DNA of 55,259 bases from Candidatus Pelethosoma merdigallinarum. GTDB lineage: Bacteria; Bacillota_I; Bacilli_A; RF39; UBA660. Numbering within the stretch: position 1 is the first letter of the stretch; each line of letters starts with the position of its first letter. This document shows, one piece after another, positions 27,659 through 37,620 of this stretch. The position numbers and the translations under genes are program-made. The stretch covers positions 1 through 55,259 of the forward strand of contig DVKJ01000009.1 of NCBI GenBank assembly GCA_018716065.1. The letters are read 5' to 3'. The notes under the pieces were generated by a model. That model saw only the letters and a list, made by a program, of their open reading frames with translations, ran no database searches and was not told the DNA's origin.

Positions 27659-27779
27659 AATATCTTCCTTCCTTGTAAGTGTTATTATAGATGAATGTTA
27701 TTTTTTTGTCAAATTTCAATTCAGAGTTGCAAGATTGAAAAAGATACGTTTTTTTAGTATAATGGTAACTGGTGGTTTT

Positions 27780-28769
27780 ATGTGGAAAATCAGAGATCTA
27801 GAAATTAAAAATCAAGTCGTTCTCGCACCGATGGCTGGTATTTCTAATCCTGCTTATATGAAGATTGTGGAAGAAATGGGATGTGGACTTGCAATTACGG
27901 AACTGATTAGTTCGGAAGCGATTATTCGTGATAATAAAAAGACATGGGATATGTTACAGGGAATGGAAGAAATTAAAATGCCTGTTGGAATTCAATTGTT
28001 TGGTTCTAATCCTGATGTCATGGCTAAGGCTGCTCATATGGTAGAGGAAAGATATCCTCATTGCCTTATTGATATTAATATGGGTTGTCCCGTTCCTAAA
28101 GTCGCGGTGCGTGCATCGGCTGGAAGTGCTTTATTAAAAGATCCTGATAAAGTATACGAAATGGTTTCTAAAGTCGTAGAAAGTGTATCGGTTCCTGTTA
28201 CCGTAAAAATTCGTAGTGGTTGGGATAATGAACATATCAATGCGGTAGAGATTGCTAGAGTATGTGAAAAGGCAGGGGCTTGTGCGATCACCGTTCATGG
28301 AAGAACTAGGGCCCAAGGGTATAGTGGTAAAGTTCATTTAGAGATTATCAAAGAAGTCAAGGAAGCGGTATCCATTCCAGTAGTTGGAAATGGGGATATT
28401 AAGTCCTATGCGGATGCGAAGAACATGTTAGATATAACGGGATGTGACGCTATTATGATTGGACGAGGAGCTTTAGGTAATCCGTGGCTCATTAAAGAAG
28501 TCGTGGACTATTTAGAACATGGTGTTTTACCAACACCAGTATCTTGGATCGAAAAACTAGAAATGTTAAAAAAACACTTTCGTTTACTAGTAGAAACAAA
28601 GAATGAAAAAATTGCTTTATTAGAAATTCGTAGTCAAGCAGCCTGGTATATGAAAGGAATTTCAGGATGTTCTTCTTTGAAACAAGAAGTATGTCATGTG
28701 AAAGATGAAAAATCATTTTATGATCTCATCGATCACTTTATAGAAGAAAAGAGGGATATTCATGCATAG
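27780..28769 (+). CDS. dusB: tRNA-dihydrouridine synthase
   Basis: VVLAPMAGISNPAY, INMGCPVPKV (catalytic Cys), VHGRTR. The start is trimmed to ATG 27780, downstream of TTGAAA..TATAAT (27735-27765). Confidence 0.85.
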   Translation: MWKIRDLEIKNQVVLAPMAGISNPAYMKIVEEMGCGLAITELISSEAIIRDNKKTWDMLQGMEEIKMPVGIQLFGSNPDVMAKAAHMVEERYPHCLIDINMGCPVPKVAVRASAGSALLKDPDKVYEMVSKVVESVSVPVTVKIRSGWDNEHINAVEIARVCEKAGACAITVHGRTRAQGYSGKVHLEIIKEVKEAVSIPVVGNGDIKSYADAKNMLDITGCDAIMIGRGALGNPWLIKEVVDYLEHGVLPTPVSWIEKLEMLKKHFRLLVETKNEKIALLEIRSQAAWYMKGISGCSSLKQEVCHVKDEKSFYDLIDHFIEEKRDIHA

Positions 28770-29352
28770 TGTGGGAATGAAAAGAAGACTTGTTGCTTAT
28801 TTATTTGATATGATGGTACTAATGGGGATCTTAATGCTGATTTATTATTTTCTTCCAGAAAGTCATAATATTACAGTTTTAAATCAAGAGTTTGACCATG
28901 TAAATGATCTACTCTTTAGTAATAATATTTCTTTTGGTTCTTATTTAACCAGAGTCGCAAGTATTATGCAGGAACTAGATAAAGAACGTATTTTATATAG
29001 TTTAATCAATGCGGTTTATATTATTGTATATTTCGTCATTATTCCATTTAAAACGAAGAAAACATTTGGGATGTATTTAATGGGATTAAAGTATGAATCT
29101 AAGGATGGAAAGTTTAGCGTAGACGACCTATTAGTACGTAGTATGATTACTTGTGGACTGTTATATTTACTTGCAAGTTTAGTATTAATCTATGTTCTTC
29201 CAAGTATTGCGTACTTTTTAACTAATATAATTTTTGCAATTATTCAAATTTCTTTGGTTGTAATTAGCTTTTTTATGGTACTATATAGAAAAGACCATCG
29301 TGGATTACAAGACTTATGGAGTCGAACCGTAATCACAAGAGATAAAAAATAG
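28762..29352 (+). CDS. RDD family membrane protein
   Basis: N-terminal KRRLVAYLFDMMV, C-terminal HRGLQDLWSRTVI, three TM helices. Confidence 0.65.
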   Translation: MHSVGMKRRLVAYLFDMMVLMGILMLIYYFLPESHNITVLNQEFDHVNDLLFSNNISFGSYLTRVASIMQELDKERILYSLINAVYIIVYFVIIPFKTKKTFGMYLMGLKYESKDGKFSVDDLLVRSMITCGLLYLLASLVLIYVLPSIAYFLTNIIFAIIQISLVVISFFMVLYRKDHRGLQDLWSRTVITRDKK

Positions 29353-29361
29353 AGGTGAATT

Positions 29362-30834
29362 ATGAGACAATTTAGTGAACAAGAATTAGTAAGAAGAGAA
29401 AAGTTAAAAGAAATTTCAAAAGTTTGTAACCCATATCCAGAACGATATGAAGTGACACATTCTTTAAAAGAGGCAAGTACACTTCCGGATGAAACAAAAG
29501 GAGTACGTGTAGCTGGACGTATTGTATTTATGCGTAAAATGGGTAAATTAAGTTTTGTTCGTTTACGTGATATTGAAGGAGATTTACAAATTTCTATTAA
29601 GATTGACTTAGTAGGTGAAGAGAAATATCAATTCTTTAAAACGCTAGTAGATGTTGGTGACTTTTTAGGTGCGGAAGGTGAAATCTTTACAACTCATACA
29701 GGAGAAAAAACGTTACGCGTATCCTCTTTTGAATTTTTAGGAAAAGCTTTAAAACCACTTCCTGAAAAGTTCCATGGTGTAACGGATCCTGAGTTGTGTT
29801 ACAGAGAACGTTATTTGGATTTAATTATGAATGAAGAAACAAGAAAACGTTTCTTAATGAAATATGAATTTATTAAAGAAATTCGTCGTTATCTAGAAGA
29901 TAAAGGATATATTGAAATTGAAACACCAGTTCTTAGTAACAAAGCGAGTGGAGCGCTTGCCAAACCTTTTATTGCTCATCACAATGCTTTAGATATGGAT
30001 GTCTATTTAAGAATCGCACCAGAAACTTATTTAAAACGTGCGATTGTCGGAGGATTTACCAAAGTATTTGAATTCGCAAGATGTTTTCGTAATGAAGGAA
30101 TTGACTCTACCCACTTACAAGATTTTACGATGTTGGAAGGATATGGTGCTTACTTAAATTATCAAGATAATATGAAGTTAATGGAAGATATGTTAAAGAC
30201 AGTTATTCAAAAAGTCTTTGGTTCTTTACAAGTAAAAATTGGTGATAAAACGATTGATTTTTCAAAAAAATGGGAACAAGTATCTTTCCGAGACGTATTA
30301 TTAAAATATGTAGATATCGATATTCTAGAATTTAATGACAAAGAAAAATTATTAAATGAGATTAAACGTCGTGGTATTACACTAGATACAGATGCGGATT
30401 TAGATACGATTGGATATGGTAATTTAATTGATGTTCTTTATAAGAAAGTCGCACGTCCTTATATGATTGAACCTGTTTTCTTAACGGAACATCCAATTGC
30501 TTTATCACCACTTGCTCGTGCGAATGATGAGAATAAAGAAATTACCGATCGTTTCCAATTAGTCATTAATGGTGCGGAAATCATTAATGGTTATTCAGAA
30601 TTAGTGGATCCACAAGAACAAGAACGTCGTTTAGAAGAACAAGCTCGTTTGAAATCAGATGGTGATGAAGAAGCTATGATGATGGATATGGATTATATTG
30701 AAGCGATGGAAGTTGGAATGCCACCAATTTCTGGTTGGGGAATTGGTATTGATCGTGTCGTTCAAGTATTAACAGATACCCCAAATATTAAAGATAATGT
30801 TCTATTCCCTTTAATGCGTCCAGAGGATAAATAG
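29362..30834 (+). CDS. lysS: lysine--tRNA ligase (class II)
   Basis: OB-fold N-terminus, motif 2 CFRNEGIDSTHLQDFTMLE, motif 3 GWGIGIDR. Confidence 0.95.
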   Translation: MRQFSEQELVRREKLKEISKVCNPYPERYEVTHSLKEASTLPDETKGVRVAGRIVFMRKMGKLSFVRLRDIEGDLQISIKIDLVGEEKYQFFKTLVDVGDFLGAEGEIFTTHTGEKTLRVSSFEFLGKALKPLPEKFHGVTDPELCYRERYLDLIMNEETRKRFLMKYEFIKEIRRYLEDKGYIEIETPVLSNKASGALAKPFIAHHNALDMDVYLRIAPETYLKRAIVGGFTKVFEFARCFRNEGIDSTHLQDFTMLEGYGAYLNYQDNMKLMEDMLKTVIQKVFGSLQVKIGDKTIDFSKKWEQVSFRDVLLKYVDIDILEFNDKEKLLNEIKRRGITLDTDADLDTIGYGNLIDVLYKKVARPYMIEPVFLTEHPIALSPLARANDENKEITDRFQLVINGAEIINGYSELVDPQEQERRLEEQARLKSDGDEEAMMMDMDYIEAMEVGMPPISGWGIGIDRVVQVLTDTPNIKDNVLFPLMRPEDK

Positions 30835-31364
30835 TGAAACTATTTGTTGTACGCCATGGCGAAACCAAAGAAAATGTTTCTGAAATGTTACAAGGAAACA
30901 TGGACACCATATTAGATCAAAAAGGGAAAGAACAAGCATTAAATTTAAATTCAACATTGGAACAAAAACAAATCGATATGGTTTTCTGTTCCCCAAAGAA
31001 AAGAACGTTGGAAACTGCTATACTCGCATATCCAAAATCAAAAATCATTTTTGATGATCGTTTAAAAAGTCGTAATCATGGTGAGTTTGAAGGAAAGAGT
31101 AGAAGTGAGATTAATATAGAAGAGTATTGGAATATTAAGATTAATAAACAATATGATCAAGCAGAATCTGTTGGTTCTTTATTCGGTAGAGTAAAAGATT
31201 TTATTCATGATTTAAAACAAAATTATGAAGATAAAAATATTCTGATTGTGACACATAGTGGGATTGTACGTGTTTTGTATTACTATTTTAATGGAATTCC
31301 AGAAGATGGAAATCTATTAGGATATCAATCTGTCAATGCATCACTAGAAGAATATGAGATATAG
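30834..31364 (+). CDS. histidine phosphatase (phosphoglycerate mutase) family protein
   Basis: RHGET catalytic motif (LFVVRHGETKEN) and a second His in IVTHSG. The GTG start overlaps the lysS stop by 1 nt. Confidence 0.8.
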   Translation: MKLFVVRHGETKENVSEMLQGNMDTILDQKGKEQALNLNSTLEQKQIDMVFCSPKKRTLETAILAYPKSKIIFDDRLKSRNHGEFEGKSRSEINIEEYWNIKINKQYDQAESVGSLFGRVKDFIHDLKQNYEDKNILIVTHSGIVRVLYYYFNGIPEDGNLLGYQSVNASLEEYEI

Positions 31365-31374
31365 GAGGAAAGTT

Positions 31375-32553
31375 ATGAAAGTATTATCCGTAAATGCCGG
31401 AAGTTCATCATTGAAGTTCCAAATGTATGAAATGCCAGAAGAAAAAGTATTAATTTCTGGTGTGTTTGAAAGAATTGGAATTCACGAAAGTTTTTATACC
31501 ATTAAAATAAATGGAGAAAAAATTCGTAAAGAAGTCGATCTACCAGATCACAAAGTGGCTTTTGAATATTTGGTTCAAGAGTTAGAAAACAACCATGTGG
31601 TAGAAAGTTTAGATGAAATTAAAGGAATTGGACATCGTGTGGTTCAAGGGGGAGCTTATTTCGACAAAACAGAGGTTGCGACCGATGATGTGATTGCGAA
31701 GATTGAAGAGTTAAATGTACTCGCACCGCTTCACAATCCAGCTGCGATTATTGGAATTAAGGCAGCAAAAGAAGTTATTCCTAATGCCGTACAAACAACG
31801 GTTTTCGATACCGCTTTCCATCAAACGATGCCAGAAGAAAATTATATTTATGCGGTTCCTTATGAATGGTATACCGACTATAAAGTTCGTCGTTATGGTG
31901 CTCATGGAACGAGTCATAAATATGTCGCAAACCGTATGAATGAACTATTAGGTCGTGATGATACAAAGATTATCACTTGTCATATTGGTAATGGAGCTAG
32001 TATTAGTGCGGTAGTCAATGGAAAATGTTTAGATACTTCTATGGGATTAACACCAAATGCTGGACTTATCATGGGAAGTCGTTGTGGAGATATGGACGCA
32101 ACTATTGTCACTTATATGATGGATCAATTAGGTGTATCTGCCAGTGAAATGGATACCATTCTAAATAAAAAGAGTGGAGTTCTTGGAATCACAGGTGTAA
32201 GTAGTGATATGCGTGATATTGATGATGGTGTAAGAAGTGGAAATGAACGTTGTGCTTTAGCTAAAAAGATGTATGTTCGTCGTATTATTGATTACATCGC
32301 CAAATATTATGTAGAAATGAATGGTTGTGATGCGATTGTCTTTACTGCAGGTGTTGGTGAAAACTCTGTATCTACTCGTCGTCAAATCATGGAAGGATTA
32401 GAAGTTCTAGGTGTACACGTAGATGAGGAAGCAAACAATATTCGTGGAAAAGAAGGAAAAATTACTACAGAAGATTCAAGTATTCCTTGTTATGTAATTC
32501 CAACGGATGAAGAATTAATGATTGCTCGTGATACTTATGAACTTTCAAAATAA
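31375..32553 (+). CDS. ackA: acetate kinase
   Basis: VLSVNAGSSSLKF N-terminus and a full-length ASKHA fold. AGGAGG SD before ATG 31375. Confidence 0.95.
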   Translation: MKVLSVNAGSSSLKFQMYEMPEEKVLISGVFERIGIHESFYTIKINGEKIRKEVDLPDHKVAFEYLVQELENNHVVESLDEIKGIGHRVVQGGAYFDKTEVATDDVIAKIEELNVLAPLHNPAAIIGIKAAKEVIPNAVQTTVFDTAFHQTMPEENYIYAVPYEWYTDYKVRRYGAHGTSHKYVANRMNELLGRDDTKIITCHIGNGASISAVVNGKCLDTSMGLTPNAGLIMGSRCGDMDATIVTYMMDQLGVSASEMDTILNKKSGVLGITGVSSDMRDIDDGVRSGNERCALAKKMYVRRIIDYIAKYYVEMNGCDAIVFTAGVGENSVSTRRQIMEGLEVLGVHVDEEANNIRGKEGKITTEDSSIPCYVIPTDEELMIARDTYELSK

Positions 32554-32554
32554 G

Positions 32555-32578
32555 ACACATCTTAGATGTGTTTTATTT
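32555..32578 (+). terminator. intrinsic terminator of ackA
   Basis: ACACATC / GATGTGT stem followed by TTTTATTT. Confidence 0.7.
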
Positions 32579-32605
32579 GACACAAAATACAATATTCGTT
32601 ACAAT
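32577..32605 (+). promoter_or_regulatory. sigma-A promoter of nrnA
   Basis: TTGACA (32577-32582), 17 nt, TACAAT (32600-32605). Confidence 0.55.
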
Positions 32606-32628
32606 AATAAGTAGAAAAGGGTGTTTCT

Positions 32629-33591
32629 ATGTTTCAAAATAAATACAAATTTATATACAAAAAAATAAAACAATATGATCGTATTGTCATTGCCCGCCAT
32701 GTAGGACCAGATCCAGATTGTTTAGGTGCACAGATTGCTTTACGAGATATTATTAAAAATACGTTCCCTAAAAAGGAAGTTTATGCGGTAGGATATCCTG
32801 CTTCTCGTTTTTCTTATTTAGGAACTTTAGATAAGATGCAAGAAGAATACTATCAAGATGCGTTGTTGATTGTAGTAGATTTACCAGATAAAAAAAGAAT
32901 TGATGGAGTGGATCCTGAGCGTTTTTCTTATCGTATCAAGATTGATCATCACCCCTATATTGAAACGTTCTGTGATTATGAATGGATAGATGATACCGCA
33001 AGTAGTGCTTCTCAAATGATTATGGAACTCGTGTTTCAAACCAAATTAACCATGACATCATACGCGGCAGAACGACTATATTTAGGTTTGGTTTCGGATA
33101 CCAATCGTTTCTTATTTCAATATACTACTTCTAAAACATTTGATTTAGTATCTAAATTAATAAAAACAACAGGTATTTCATTTACCAATTTATATGAGAA
33201 TCTTTATTTACGACCATTAAAAGAAATTCGTTTTCAAGGTTATATTGGAGAACATTTAACGGTTACGGAAGCTGGTTTTGCTTATATTAAGATCACCAAT
33301 GATATTTTACAAGAGTATCATGTAGATGCGGCAACCGCAGGGAATATGGTAAATAATTTCAATTACATTGATGAGATTTTAGCTTGGGCGGTATTTACAG
33401 AAGATAAAAACAGAGGAACCATTCGCGGATCTCTACGTTCTAGAGGCCCTATTGTGAATGAAGTAGCTACTCATTTCGGTGGTGGTGGACATATCTACGC
33501 GAGTGGTGTTCGTTTAGAAAACTTTGAACAAGTAGATACTTTAGTAGAAGAAATGAATCAAGAATGTGAAAAATACAAAAAAGGACTGTGA
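32629..33591 (+). CDS. nrnA: DHH/DHHA1 phosphoesterase (NrnA-type oligoribonuclease / pAp phosphatase)
   Basis: ARHVGPDPDCLG, KIDHHP (DHH) and GGGGH (DHHA1) motifs. Confidence 0.8.
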   Translation: MFQNKYKFIYKKIKQYDRIVIARHVGPDPDCLGAQIALRDIIKNTFPKKEVYAVGYPASRFSYLGTLDKMQEEYYQDALLIVVDLPDKKRIDGVDPERFSYRIKIDHHPYIETFCDYEWIDDTASSASQMIMELVFQTKLTMTSYAAERLYLGLVSDTNRFLFQYTTSKTFDLVSKLIKTTGISFTNLYENLYLRPLKEIRFQGYIGEHLTVTEAGFAYIKITNDILQEYHVDAATAGNMVNNFNYIDEILAWAVFTEDKNRGTIRGSLRSRGPIVNEVATHFGGGGHIYASGVRLENFEQVDTLVEEMNQECEKYKKGL

Positions 33592-33599
33592 GGTCCTTT

Positions 33600-33830
33600 T
33601 TATTTTAAACTTTCTTTTTCATCATCAAAGAAAATATCATCCGGCATTAAATGAAAGACATTCGCAATACGAATAGCCATTTCATAAGATAGGCGTTTTT
33701 TCTTTGTTTCTAATTGACAATAGTAAGCAGTACTAATATCCAATTGATTCGCAATATCAACCATAGATAAGTGATTTTGTTTGCGTAGTTTCGTTAGTGT
33801 TATATAACGAGTTTTTTTCATTTTATACAT
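33600..33830 (-). CDS. XRE-family helix-turn-helix transcriptional regulator
   Basis: LTKLRKQNHLSMVDIANQLDISTAYYCQLE HTH_3 pattern. The start is ambiguous (33830 or 33821). Confidence 0.7.
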   Translation of the reverse strand: MYKMKKTRYITLTKLRKQNHLSMVDIANQLDISTAYYCQLETKKKRLSYEMAIRIANVFHLMPDDIFFDDEKESLK

Positions 33831-33901
33831 CCTTTCTCCGTGCCTCACACCCTAGTGAATAAGATTAAAAAAATGTATCATTATATTAGCAGGTGGTTAA
33901 A

Positions 33902-34180
33902 ATGAGTTTAAAAGATACATTTGGAAAGAATCTCAAATATTATCGACATAAAGCAATTTTATCACAAGAAAAACTTGCAGAAATTGTCAATATCGATAGT
34001 AAATATCTCAGTGATTTAGAAAATGGAAAATATAGTCCATCTTTCTCTAAGATTGAGCGTTTAGCTACTGCGCTTCATATTGAACCGTATCAACTCTTCA
34101 AAGATGATATTACCCATCACTCTGTACCACCTAGGGTTTATCAATCCAAACGAACAACGAATTATCGTTTGAAAGATTAA
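33902..34180 (+). CDS. XRE-family helix-turn-helix transcriptional regulator
   Basis: LKYYRHKAILSQEKLAEIVNIDSKYLSDLENGK HTH_3 pattern. AGGTGG SD before ATG 33902. Divergent from the other XRE gene. Confidence 0.7.
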   Translation: MSLKDTFGKNLKYYRHKAILSQEKLAEIVNIDSKYLSDLENGKYSPSFSKIERLATALHIEPYQLFKDDITHHSVPPRVYQSKRTTNYRLKD

Positions 34181-34314
34181 GATATCCAATTAAATTATGT
34201 CATGATTATGTATTTTTGTCAAACAAAAGAAGGATTTATTCTTTCTTTTTGTTTTAGGATTACTTGTTTGTTTAACCAAGATGTGTTATGATAATAATGA
34301 TTTGGGGTGAATAT

Positions 34315-35631
34315 ATGATACACGGAGAAAGATACGTCAATGAAGACGGAACACCATATGTAAAAAAAGAAATTGATAAAAAGAAAATAATGATGATTGG
34401 CGCAATCATTTTAATTGTTATCTTTTTAGTGTTAATTATTACCAATCTTGTAACAAAAGCTAAAAAGAACAATGCGTGTGACAAGATGGAGAATACACTT
34501 TTAGATGCGGCTTATAAATATGCGAGTGAGAAGAAGTTACTTCCAAGTGTTGGTGGGGAATCCATTAAAGTTTCATCTAGTGATTTATTAAAGGAAGATT
34601 ATATCACAAATAGTGATTTAACTTATGAAGAGGAAGTGGGAAGTGCGACAGTAACCATAACAAAATATAAAGAAGAGTATATAAAATCAGTAGAAATTGA
34701 AAACTGTGGATATTGTACAAGTCGTTATAAAGATTGGGGAAAAGAAACCGATAAATATGATGAAGACAAACATGTAGTAGATGCCCAAGCAACTTATAAT
34801 TACTATGATCGTGCGACTTATTATACAAAGTACACAGATTATATTGAAAGTAGTGAAGTAAGTACTAAAAAATCAAAATATGGAACCTACTTACCAAAGA
34901 ATGAAGATATTTTACCAGAGATACCATCTACAGGAGTAGTAGTTACAATTGAACAGGAACAAAAAACATATTACTCTTATCGAGACAAGAAATGGCGTTA
35001 TTATCAAAATAATAATTGTGCATATAGTGCTTTTTCGAGCGAACAACCTGCTGGATATAAAGAAAAAGATAAACGTACGGTAAAATATTCAGATTGGTCA
35101 AAATGGTCTATCAATTATCCAGATGAAAAAGATTATCGTCATATTGAACGTACAACCGGATATCGTTGGTATTATAAAGAAGGTGGAGAAAAAATATATT
35201 ACAACAGTGGAGAATATACACCAGAACAACCTTCTCCAAAATATACAGAAAGAGAAAGAAAATCTGTAACAATGTACCGTTATCGTGATGAAATGTGGCG
35301 TTGGCGTAATGATTGTGATCGTAAATATACCAGTTTAACAAGTAGACAAACAGAGCGTTATCCATATCGTGATGAAGAAACATTAGAGTATACCAATTGG
35401 ACTTCATGGCGTGATGAAAGTACAGTAACAAGTGAAAATAGTTATTATCGTGAGCAACGTGAGGATCAACACTCTAGATATCGTATTAAATATGACATCT
35501 ATTCTTTAATTAAATTAGATGAATCACTTTCTAAAGAAGATTTTGAAAAGAAAATGGGACGTTCTTTAGAAGAAATTGCGAACGATCCAACGATTGCTTT
35601 AGAAATAACGTATACATTTAGATATAAATAA
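34315..35631 (+). CDS. single-pass membrane protein with a Tyr/Trp/Arg-rich repeat ectodomain
   Basis: GGGGTGA SD before ATG 34315 and one TM helix (IMMIGAIILIVIFLVLIITNLV). Repeated YxYRDxxWRW and Y(S/T)xW(S/T)xW motifs in the C-terminal half. Confidence 0.6.
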   Translation: MIHGERYVNEDGTPYVKKEIDKKKIMMIGAIILIVIFLVLIITNLVTKAKKNNACDKMENTLLDAAYKYASEKKLLPSVGGESIKVSSSDLLKEDYITNSDLTYEEEVGSATVTITKYKEEYIKSVEIENCGYCTSRYKDWGKETDKYDEDKHVVDAQATYNYYDRATYYTKYTDYIESSEVSTKKSKYGTYLPKNEDILPEIPSTGVVVTIEQEQKTYYSYRDKKWRYYQNNNCAYSAFSSEQPAGYKEKDKRTVKYSDWSKWSINYPDEKDYRHIERTTGYRWYYKEGGEKIYYNSGEYTPEQPSPKYTERERKSVTMYRYRDEMWRWRNDCDRKYTSLTSRQTERYPYRDEETLEYTNWTSWRDESTVTSENSYYREQREDQHSRYRIKYDIYSLIKLDESLSKEDFEKKMGRSLEEIANDPTIALEITYTFRYK

Positions 35632-35756
35632 TGTTCCATCTGCAAACAATTACAATAATTGAGGGATTTATTGGTATTGACAATAACCCCTCTCTTTTTG
35701 TATACTGAATAAGTAGGATGGAAAATAACCATAATAGAAGTAGAGGAGAGGATTTT

Positions 35757-37565
35757 ATGCGTACACGCCAAAAACAGCGTATGATCATTGGAACATTATG
35801 TGCAGTAATTATAGGTTTATCTATAGGTTACGCTGTACTTAGTAAAACCTTAAATATTCAAGGAATGAGTGGGATTACATCTAACTTCAATATTTTATTT
35901 ACTAATATTGAAGAAGGAACGATGAATGGGGCGACAACGATTAACAAACAAATCACAGACTCTACTACGGCCAGCTTTACAATCGATTTAAGTAAGCCAA
36001 GCTCAAATGGTGAATATTTGATTACAGTGGAAAACAGAGGAAATATTGATGCTTATGTAGAAAGTATTCACGGAATAGAAGAAGCCAATCAAAAAGAACC
36101 AACAGATATTAAATTTAGTATTGAAGATATTAAGGTGAATGATAAACTTCGAGCAACTGAATCCAAAGTTTTTAAGGTAAAAGTAAATTGGGATAGTTCA
36201 TCAACGAGCATTCCAAGTACGAATAAAGATTTAACATTAGATATAGATTTTGCTCAAGATACAGGAACCACATCACCAAGTGAAATTAAACTTGCCCGTG
36301 TGACACAAAATTTATTAGACTCTAGTACTGAAGGAACCTATAATTATATGGATGGAATGTATTTAAAAGGTGGTCAAGATTCTAACTATATTTGGTTTGA
36401 TGGATTCTTATGGCGAATCATGGGAAAGAATGCGGATGGAAGTATAAGAATGATTACGGAAGAAAATGTCACGACGATTCCATGGGGATCTAATGCCCAA
36501 GATTACGACAATAGCTATGTGAATGATTGGTTAAATAATGATTTTTATTCAAAGTTAAAAGACAAAAATTTATTAGTAAATCAAATATGGTGTAGTGAAA
36601 CAACTACAGAAAGTACTTCTTCAAGAACAACTTGTACCAATAATTTATCAAGTGTTCAGAAACGTGTTGGTTTATTATCACTAGATGAATATAATTTAGC
36701 CAGCGGAAGTTCAAATTATTTAGTCAATTCACAATTATATTATACATTAACACCTCATAGTATATCGAATATATGGGCATCTAGTACCAGTAATCATTTA
36801 TACTATGCTGGAATAAATCGTATTTTACATGGTGTGCGCCCAGTAGTAGGGATTTCCTCCGATGTGACCATTACCTCCGGTAATGGTACTCTAACGGATC
36901 CATACTTGATCGGAGAAGTAAATGATGTAACAGGAAGTTTAAAAGATAATAGTCATGTAGGAGAATATGTAACGTATGCCGGAAGAAATTATCGAGTCAT
37001 TGAAACAAGTGGTGCAGGAACAAAATTAATCTTAGATGGATATTATGATAGCAATAATAATGGAGTGATAGAAGGTACAGAACGAATGGTTTATGATGCC
37101 AATGATAATAATGGTTGTACTTTATGTACAGTAATAAATGAGGATTCGTTCATTAATTGGATTAGTAATAATAATGAGATAGATAAAAATAAATTAGTAA
37201 GGGCAACATGGTATCGCGGGAATGTTTTTGATTATGGAGATAACTATAAAACAAATCTAGAAAGTAAAGGTAACCCGTATGAAGGAAGAGTAGGATTAAT
37301 AAGAGTAGGAGAAATGTTATCCGCACAAAGTGAAACAATCCTTTCAAAGTATCATACAGTAGATAATAGTTATAACAATGTTCAAACATATTGGACAGCT
37401 ACTCCTTATGTATATAGTTCTCAAGATTGGTCAATGGATTTTGATGGTATGATGGAAGCTTACTCTGCTTCAACTTCTCTCTGTGTTCGTCCAGTCATTA
37501 TGATTGGCCCTGATGTTCAAATTACATCTGGAAATGGAACATTTAATTCTCCATATGAAATATAA
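35757..37565 (+). CDS. secreted or anchored surface protein: N-terminal Ig-like domain plus two 'LWR...VRP' modules (paralogue of 24531-25925)
   Basis: GAGGAGAGG SD before ATG 35757 and a signal/anchor IIGTLCAVIIGLSIGYAVL. Modules run from YIWFDGFLWRIMGKNADGSIRMITEENV to GVRPVVGISSDVTITSGNGTLTDPYLI, and from YVTYAGRNYRVIETSGAGTKLILD to CVRPVIMIGPDVQITSGNGTFNSPYEI. Confidence 0.65.
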   Translation: MRTRQKQRMIIGTLCAVIIGLSIGYAVLSKTLNIQGMSGITSNFNILFTNIEEGTMNGATTINKQITDSTTASFTIDLSKPSSNGEYLITVENRGNIDAYVESIHGIEEANQKEPTDIKFSIEDIKVNDKLRATESKVFKVKVNWDSSSTSIPSTNKDLTLDIDFAQDTGTTSPSEIKLARVTQNLLDSSTEGTYNYMDGMYLKGGQDSNYIWFDGFLWRIMGKNADGSIRMITEENVTTIPWGSNAQDYDNSYVNDWLNNDFYSKLKDKNLLVNQIWCSETTTESTSSRTTCTNNLSSVQKRVGLLSLDEYNLASGSSNYLVNSQLYYTLTPHSISNIWASSTSNHLYYAGINRILHGVRPVVGISSDVTITSGNGTLTDPYLIGEVNDVTGSLKDNSHVGEYVTYAGRNYRVIETSGAGTKLILDGYYDSNNNGVIEGTERMVYDANDNNGCTLCTVINEDSFINWISNNNEIDKNKLVRATWYRGNVFDYGDNYKTNLESKGNPYEGRVGLIRVGEMLSAQSETILSKYHTVDNSYNNVQTYWTATPYVYSSQDWSMDFDGMMEAYSASTSLCVRPVIMIGPDVQITSGNGTFNSPYEI

Positions 37566-37620
37566 AATGAAATTAATAAAAAGAGGTTAGTAGAAAGTTT
37601 AATTTCTATCTAACCTCTTT

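Noticed and set aside
27636-27779. N-terminal extensions in the track ORFs: dusB 27636-27779, ftsE 41807-41875, ackA 31354-31374, pgk 17909-17932, LicD 51790-51870, and surface-protein starts at 34288 and 35718.
   Set aside because: The extensions overlap upstream genes or promoters and lack SDs. Internal ATGs with good SDs give N-termini that match the known families.
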